Shown: positions 32,922-37,692 of the stretch, in pieces
Layout of the letters: the number at the start of each line of letters is the position of its first letter
Numbering within the stretch: the first letter of the stretch is position 1
Virus record (IMG/VR): IMGVR_UViG_2541047799_000005
Length of the DNA: 37,692 nt
Strand: one strand, 5' to 3'
Origin: a virus
Taxonomy: Duplodnaviria; Heunggongvirae; Uroviricota; Caudoviricetes
Notes under the pieces: model-generated
The model's input: only the letters and a program-made list of their open reading frames with translations
Database searches by the model: none
Told to the model about the DNA's origin: nothing
Made by a program: the position numbers and the translations under genes

Positions 32922-33212
32922 ATGACAACCGGCGGCCATCCACCGCCTGAATACGCGCAGAAGTCTTTATATGTTCAGCAGCCCAGCTTACGGGCAGGAG
33001 TTTTTATGGTTCATCAACATTACGGAACGCAGACCGTTAATCGCGGTGCGGTCATGCCAGGAATGCTGGTCAAACGCAAAGATGGTACCTGGACTGCATC
33101 AGCTAATTTACGCGGACGACTTTATCTGCATCGCGGCATTGAGCGCACTTATACCCGTGACTTGCTCGTGGAAGTTTTTCTCGACGGACGCGGCAACGGT
33201 CTGAATCACTAA
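32922..33212 (+). CDS. Hypothetical early-left protein (unknown; no N-like arginine-rich motif)
   Basis: 96-aa ORF between pL and gam; may not be a real gene. Confidence 0.3.
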   Translation: MTTGGHPPPEYAQKSLYVQQPSLRAGVFMVHQHYGTQTVNRGAVMPGMLVKRKDGTWTASANLRGRLYLHRGIERTYTRDLLVEVFLDGRGNGLNH

Positions 33213-33287
33213 TCCCCTTTCCTGTTTTCCGAATCAGCCTGGCATTCCGCGGGCGATTTTTTCACAGCCATTTTCAGGAGTTCAGCC

Positions 33288-33584
33288 ATGAACGCTTATT
33301 ACATTCAGGATCGTCTTGAGGCTCAGAGCTGGGCGCGTCACTACCAGCAGATCGCCCGTGAAGAGAAAGAGGCAGAACTGGCAGACGACATGGAAAAAGG
33401 CCTGCCCCAGCACCTGTTTGAATCGCTATGCATCGATCATTTGCAACGCCACGGGGCCAGCAAAAAAGCCATTACCCGTGCGTTTGATGACGATGTTGAG
33501 TTTCAGGAGCGCATGGCAGAACACATCCGGTACATGGTTGAAACCATTGCTCACCACCAGGTTGATATTGATTCAGAGGTATAA
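33288..33584 (+). CDS. gam: Gam (RecBCD inhibitor), short GamS-type form
   Basis: 98-aa [59 protein letters not shown]... matching recalled lambda Gam. Confidence 0.9.
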   Translation: MNAYYIQDRLEAQSWARHYQQIAREEKEAELADDMEKGLPQHLFESLCIDHLQRHGASKKAITRAFDDDVEFQERMAEHIRYMVETIAHHQVDIDSEV

Positions 33585-33589
33585 AACGG

Positions 33590-34375
33590 ATGAGTACAGC
33601 ACTCGCAACGCTGGCAGGGAAGCTGGCTGAACGTGTCGGCATGGATTCTGTCGACCCACAGGAACTGATCACCACTCTTCGCCAGACGGCATTTAAAGGT
33701 GATGCCAGCGATGCGCAGTTCATCGCATTACTGATCGTTGCCAACCAGTACGGCCTTAATCCATGGACGAAAGAAATTTACGCCTTTCCTGATAAGCAGA
33801 ATGGCATCGTTCCGGTGGTGGGCGTTGATGGCTGGTCCCGCATCATCAATGAAAACCAGCAGTTTGATGGTATGGACTTTGAGCAGGACAATGAATCCTG
33901 CACATGCCGGATTTACCGCAAGGACCGCAATCATCCGATCTGCGTTACCGAGTGGATGGATGAATGCCGCCGCGAACCATTCAAAACCCGCGAAGGCAGA
34001 GAAATCACCGGACCGTGGCAGTCGCATCCCAAACGGATGTTACGTCATAAAGCCATGATTCAGTGTGCCCGTCTGGCCTTCGGATTTGCTGGTATCTATG
34101 ACAAGGATGAAGCCGAGCGCATTGTCGAAAATACCGCATACACTGCAGAACGTCAGCCGGAACGCGACATCACTCCGGTTAACGATGAAACCATGCAGGA
34201 GATTAACACTCTGCTGATCGCCCTGGATAAAACATGGGATGACGACTTATTGCCGCTCTGTTCCCAGATATTTCGCCGCGACATTCGCGCATCGTCAGAA
34301 CTGACACAGGCCGAAGCAGTGAAAGCTCTTGGATTCCTGAAACAGAAAGCCACTGAGCAGAAGGTGGCAGCATGA
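33590..34375 (+). CDS. bet: Red-beta single-strand annealing protein Bet
   Basis: 261-aa [69 protein letters not shown]... matching recalled lambda Bet. Confidence 0.95.
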   Translation: MSTALATLAGKLAERVGMDSVDPQELITTLRQTAFKGDASDAQFIALLIVANQYGLNPWTKEIYAFPDKQNGIVPVVGVDGWSRIINENQQFDGMDFEQDNESCTCRIYRKDRNHPICVTEWMDECRREPFKTREGREITGPWQSHPKRMLRHKAMIQCARLAFGFAGIYDKDEAERIVENTAYTAERQPERDITPVNDETMQEINTLLIALDKTWDDDLLPLCSQIFRRDIRASSELTQAEAVKALGFLKQKATEQKVAA

Positions 34376-35052
34376 CACCGGACATTATCCTGCAGCGTAC
34401 CGGGATCGACGTGAGAGCTGTCGAACAGGGGGATGATGCATGGCACAAATTACGGCTCGGCGTCATCACCGCTTCAGAAGTTCACAACGTGATAGCAAAG
34501 CCCCGCTCAGGAAAGAAGTGGCCTGACATGAAAATGTCCTACTTCCACACCCTGCTGGCTGAGGTTTGCACCGGTGTGGCTCCGGAAGTTAATGCTAAGG
34601 CGCTGGCCTGGGGAAAACAGTACGAGAACGACGCCAGAGCCCTGTTTGAGTTTACTTCCGGCGTGAATGTTACTGAATCCCCGATCATCTATCGCGACGA
34701 AAGTATGCGCACCGCCTGCTCTCCCGATGGTTTATGCAGTGACGGCAACGGCCTTGAACTGAAATGCCCGTTTACCTCCCGGGATTTCATGAAATTCCGG
34801 CTCGGTGGTTTCGAGGCCATAAAGTCGGCTTACATGGCCCAGGTGCAGTACAGCATGTGGGTGACGCGAAAAGATGCCTGGTACTTTGCCAACTATGACC
34901 CACGAATGAAGCGTGAAGGCCTGCATTATGTCGTGGTTGAGCGGGATGAAAATTACATGGCGAGTTTTGACGAGATGGTGCCGGAGTTCATCGAAAAAAT
35001 GGACGAGGCACTGGCTGAAATTGGTTTTGTATTTGGGGAGCAATGGCGATGA
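34372..35052 (+). CDS. exo: Lambda exonuclease (Red-alpha)
   Basis: 226-aa [47 protein letters not shown]... matching recalled lambda Exo. Confidence 0.95.
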   Translation: MTPDIILQRTGIDVRAVEQGDDAWHKLRLGVITASEVHNVIAKPRSGKKWPDMKMSYFHTLLAEVCTGVAPEVNAKALAWGKQYENDARALFEFTSGVNVTESPIIYRDESMRTACSPDGLCSDGNGLELKCPFTSRDFMKFRLGGFEAIKSAYMAQVQYSMWVTRKDAWYFANYDPRMKREGLHYVVVERDENYMASFDEMVPEFIEKMDEALAEIGFVFGEQWR

Positions 35053-35231
35053 CGCATCCTCACGATAATATCCGGGTAGGCGCGATCACTTTCGTCTACT
35101 CCATTACAAAGCGAGGCTGGGTATTTCCCGGCCTTTCTGTTATCAGAAATCCCCTGAAAGCACAGCGGCTGGCTGAGAAGATAAATAATAAACGGGAGGC
35201 GGTATGCACAAAGCATCTCCTGTTGAGTTAA
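35049..35231 (+). CDS. Lambda orf60a-like small protein
   Basis: [60 protein letters not shown] (60 aa) matches recalled lambda orf60a. Confidence 0.7.
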   Translation: MTHPHDNIRVGAITFVYSITKRGWVFPGLSVIRNPLKAQRLAEKINNKREAVCTKHLLLS

Positions 35232-35395
35232 GAACGAGTATTGAGATGGCACATAGCCTTGCTCAAATTGGAGTCAGGTTTGTGCCAATACCAGTAGAAA
35301 CAGACGAAGAATTTCATACGTTAGCCGCATCCCTTTCACAAAAGCTGGAAATGATGGTGGCGAAAGCAGAAGCAGATGAGAGAGACCCGGTATGA
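35204..35395 (+). CDS. Lambda orf63-like small protein
   Basis: 63-aa ORF in the lambda b-region position. Confidence 0.6.
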   Translation: MHKASPVELRTSIEMAHSLAQIGVRFVPIPVETDEEFHTLAASLSQKLEMMVAKAEADERDPV

Positions 35396-35475
35396 CAGCC
35401 ACGGAATGCATTTTTCTGGCAGCGGGCTTCATATTCTGTGTGCTTATGCTTGCCGACATGGGACTTGTTCAATGA
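35392..35475 (+). CDS. Candidate 27-aa hydrophobic micro-protein, translationally coupled on both sides
   Basis: MTATECIFLAAGFIFCVLMLADMGLVQ; its ATG overlaps the orf63 stop (ATGA) and its stop overlaps the next ATG (ATGA). Confidence 0.35.
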   Translation: MTATECIFLAAGFIFCVLMLADMGLVQ

Positions 35476-35693
35476 CACCTCAGCAGGAAAACGCCCTTCG
35501 CAGCATTGCCCGTCAGGCTAATTCTGAAATCAAAAAAGCCAGACAGCAGTTTCCGGATAAAAACGTCGATGACATTTGCCGTAGCGTACTGAAGAAGCAC
35601 CGTGAAACGGTAACGCTGATGGGATTCACACCGACTCATTTAAGCCTGGCGATCGGCATGTTAAACGGCGTCTTTAAGGAACGGTTAACATGA
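35472..35693 (+). CDS. Lambda orf61-like small protein
   Basis: 73-aa ORF MTPQQENALRSIARQANSEIKKARQQFPDKNVDD... in the lambda orf61 position. Confidence 0.55.
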   Translation: MTPQQENALRSIARQANSEIKKARQQFPDKNVDDICRSVLKKHRETVTLMGFTPTHLSLAIGMLNGVFKERLT

Positions 35694-35785
35694 AAAGCAA
35701 AATCATCAGGGAGCTACAGGCTCCTTTTTTATTGTTCGCATTCATCCTCAAGCGTATTAACCAACAATTCAGGGATTAATGGAAG

Positions 35786-36004
35786 ATGGCAGACATCATT
35801 GATTCAGCATCAGAAATCGAAGAATTACAGCGCAATACAGCAATAAAAATGCGTCGTCTGAACTACCAGACTGTATCCGCAACTCATTGTTGTGAGTGTG
35901 GCGATCCGATAGATGAGCGAAGACGCCTGGCTGTTCAGGGTTGTCGGACTTGTGCAAGTTGCCAGGAGGAGATCGAACTTAAGAACAAACAATGGGGACT
36001 ATGA
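35786..36004 (+). CDS. TraR/DksA-family C4 zinc-finger protein (lambda Orf73-like)
   Basis: 72-aa ORF with CxxC...CxxC (HCCECGDPIDERRRLAVQGCRTCASC). Confidence 0.7.
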   Translation: MADIIDSASEIEELQRNTAIKMRRLNYQTVSATHCCECGDPIDERRRLAVQGCRTCASCQEEIELKNKQWGL

Positions 36005-36051
36005 TGGCCTCAAAGCAGCAAATTTCAACATCGTCCAACTGAGGTGTAAAA

Positions 36052-36330
36052 ATGTTCAGAATCATTTTTCCTAACACCTGGTACGTCGACCACCACGGCA
36101 CTCCCTGCAAAATCCTGCGTTCTACCCACAACAAAGTTCACTACATCCGAAAAGGCAGAACATGTATCGCCAGCATGTTCCGCTTTAATCATGACTTTGA
36201 ACCTGTGAATAAAGCTGATGCAGATCGGATAGCAGAAGAGATCGAAACGGCAGAACACATTAAGAAGTTACGTGACATGCGTTCAAAAAGCAGAGGTAAC
36301 CATGGAATCATACAGCCTCACACTCGATGA
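36052..36330 (+). CDS. Hypothetical protein
   Basis: 92-aa ORF between the TraR-like gene and xis; no recognisable motif. Confidence 0.4.
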   Translation: MFRIIFPNTWYVDHHGTPCKILRSTHNKVHYIRKGRTCIASMFRFNHDFEPVNKADADRIAEEIETAEHIKKLRDMRSKSRGNHGIIQPHTR

Positions 36331-36673
36331 GGCCTGTCAGTTTCTTAAGATATCCAGACCAACCGCCACCAACTGGATACGAACAGGCCGCCTACAGGCA
36401 ACACGTAAAGATCCAACCAAGCCAAAATCTCCTTACCTCACAACACGGCAAGCCTGCATTGCGGCGCTTCAGTCTCCGCTGCATACTGTCCAGGTGAGCG
36501 CGGGTGATGGCATAACAGAGGAAAGAAAATGTCACTCTTCCGCAGAAATGAAATATGGTATGCCTCGTATTCGCTCCCGGGCGGGAAACGAATTAAGGAA
36601 TCTCTTGGCACAAAGGACAAGCGGCAAGCTCAGGAGTTGCACGACAAGCGAAAAGCAGAACTCTGGCGAGTAG
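36302..36673 (+). CDS. xis: Excisionase-like AlpA/Xis-family HTH protein; 3' end overlaps int
   Basis: [35 protein letters not shown] has an AlpA/Xis-type HTH; immediately upstream of int; the reading frame runs about 145 nt into int. Confidence 0.55.
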   Translation: MESYSLTLDEACQFLKISRPTATNWIRTGRLQATRKDPTKPKSPYLTTRQACIAALQSPLHTVQVSAGDGITEERKCHSSAEMKYGMPRIRSRAGNELRNLLAQRTSGKLRSCTTSEKQNSGE

Positions 36674-37692
36674 AAAAGCTAGGGGATTTACCTGATGTCA
36701 CTTTTGAAGAGGCCTGCCTAAGATGGCTTGAGGAAAAAGCTGATAAAAAATCTCTCGATTCAGATAAAAGCCGGATTGAGTTCTGGCTTGAACATTTTGA
36801 GGGTATAAGGCTTAAAGATATCTCGGAGGCAAAGATTTACTCTGCTGTAAGCAGAATGCATAACAGAAAGACGAAAGAAATATGGAAACAGAAAGTTCAG
36901 GCCGCCATCAGGAAAGGTAAAGAACTGCCTGTTTATGAACCAAAGCCAGTATCAACTCAGACAAAGGCAAAGCATCTTGCCATGATAAAGGCCATTCTCC
37001 GTGCTGCAGAACGCGACTGGAAGTGGCTGGAAAAAGCGCCTGTCATCAAGATACCAGCGGTCAGAAACAAGCGAGTCAGATGGCTGGAAAAGGAGGAAGC
37101 AAAACGCCTTATTGATGAGTGCCCCGAACCACTGAAATCTGTCGTCAAGTTTGCGCTGGCAACTGGTCTGAGAAAGTCGAACATCATAAATCTGGAATGG
37201 CAACAAATCGACATGCAGCGACGAGTTGCCTGGGTGAATCCAGAAGAGAGCAAATCAAACCGCGCCATTGGTGTGGCGCTGAACGATACCGCCTGTAAAG
37301 TGTTGCGTGATCAAATAGGCAAGCATCACAAATGGGTGTTTGTACATACCAAGGCGGCTAAGCGAGCAGATGGAACATCAACGCCTGCGGTCAGGAAGAT
37401 GCGCATCGACAGCAAGACATCATGGCTATCAGCTTGTCGTCGTGCAGGAATTGAAGATTTCCGTTTCCATGACCTCAGACACACCTGGGCAAGCTGGCTG
37501 ATTCAGTCAGGCGTCCCATTATCAGTGCTTCAGGAAATGGGCGGATGGGAGTCCATAGAAATGGTTCGTAGGTATGCTCACCTTGCGCCTAATCATTTGA
37601 CAGAGCATGCGAGGAAAATAGACGACATTTTTGGTGATAATGTCCCAAATATGTCCCACTCTGGAATTATGGAGGATATAAAGAAGGCGTAA
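36529..37692 (+). CDS. int: Tyrosine site-specific integrase
   Basis: 387-aa ORF with C-terminal catalytic region ...[44 protein letters not shown]... (R..H.LRH ... Y); stop at the window edge. Confidence 0.9.
   Translation: MSLFRRNEIWYASYSLPGGKRIKESLGTKDKRQAQELHDKRKAELWRVEKLGDLPDVTFEEACLRWLEEKADKKSLDSDKSRIEFWLEHFEGIRLKDISEAKIYSAVSRMHNRKTKEIWKQKVQAAIRKGKELPVYEPKPVSTQTKAKHLAMIKAILRAAERDWKWLEKAPVIKIPAVRNKRVRWLEKEEAKRLIDECPEPLKSVVKFALATGLRKSNIINLEWQQIDMQRRVAWVNPEESKSNRAIGVALNDTACKVLRDQIGKHHKWVFVHTKAAKRADGTSTPAVRKMRIDSKTSWLSACRRAGIEDFRFHDLRHTWASWLIQSGVPLSVLQEMGGWESIEMVRRYAHLAPNHLTEHARKIDDIFGDNVPNMSHSGIMEDIKKA

Noticed and set aside
32971-33204. 77-aa plus-strand ORF as a kil or cIII analogue
   Set aside because: Overlaps the 96-aa ORF in another frame; I see no similarity to lambda Kil or CIII and cannot tell which frame, if either, is real.

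Overview
This window is almost entirely one integrated lambdoid prophage of an enterobacterial (E. coli-type) host, read in reverse orientation. Minus strand, left to right: lambda-type tail genes (J partial, I, K, L, M, H, G/G-T, V, U, Z), head and packaging genes (FII, FI, E, D, C/Nu3, B, W, A, Nu1) and cosN at 16206-16217. Right of cos: two small AT-rich cargo genes, a phage-21-type lysis cassette (Rz/Rz1, SAR endolysin R, pinholin S), an NmpC/Lc-type porin moron, a phage-82/DLP12-type Q antiterminator, a nin-like block (rusA, ybcO, ninE, ybcN), lambda-like ren/P, a hybrid O gene with ori iterons, a cII-like gene, cro and cI, then gam-bet-exo, small orfs, a TraR-like protein, xis and a tyrosine integrase ending at the window edge. 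The most interesting cargo: (1) a translationally coupled two-gene operon (minimal nucleotidyltransferase-fold protein plus an unknown 310-aa partner) sitting exactly where lambda carries rexAB; (2) a roughly 500-aa membrane-anchored coiled-coil protein with a C-terminal T5orf172/GIY-YIG-like domain, split by a complete IS1; (3) a two-gene module bracketed by ~85-bp direct repeats in the nin region. All calls rest on reading the sequence and recalled protein families; no database search was run.
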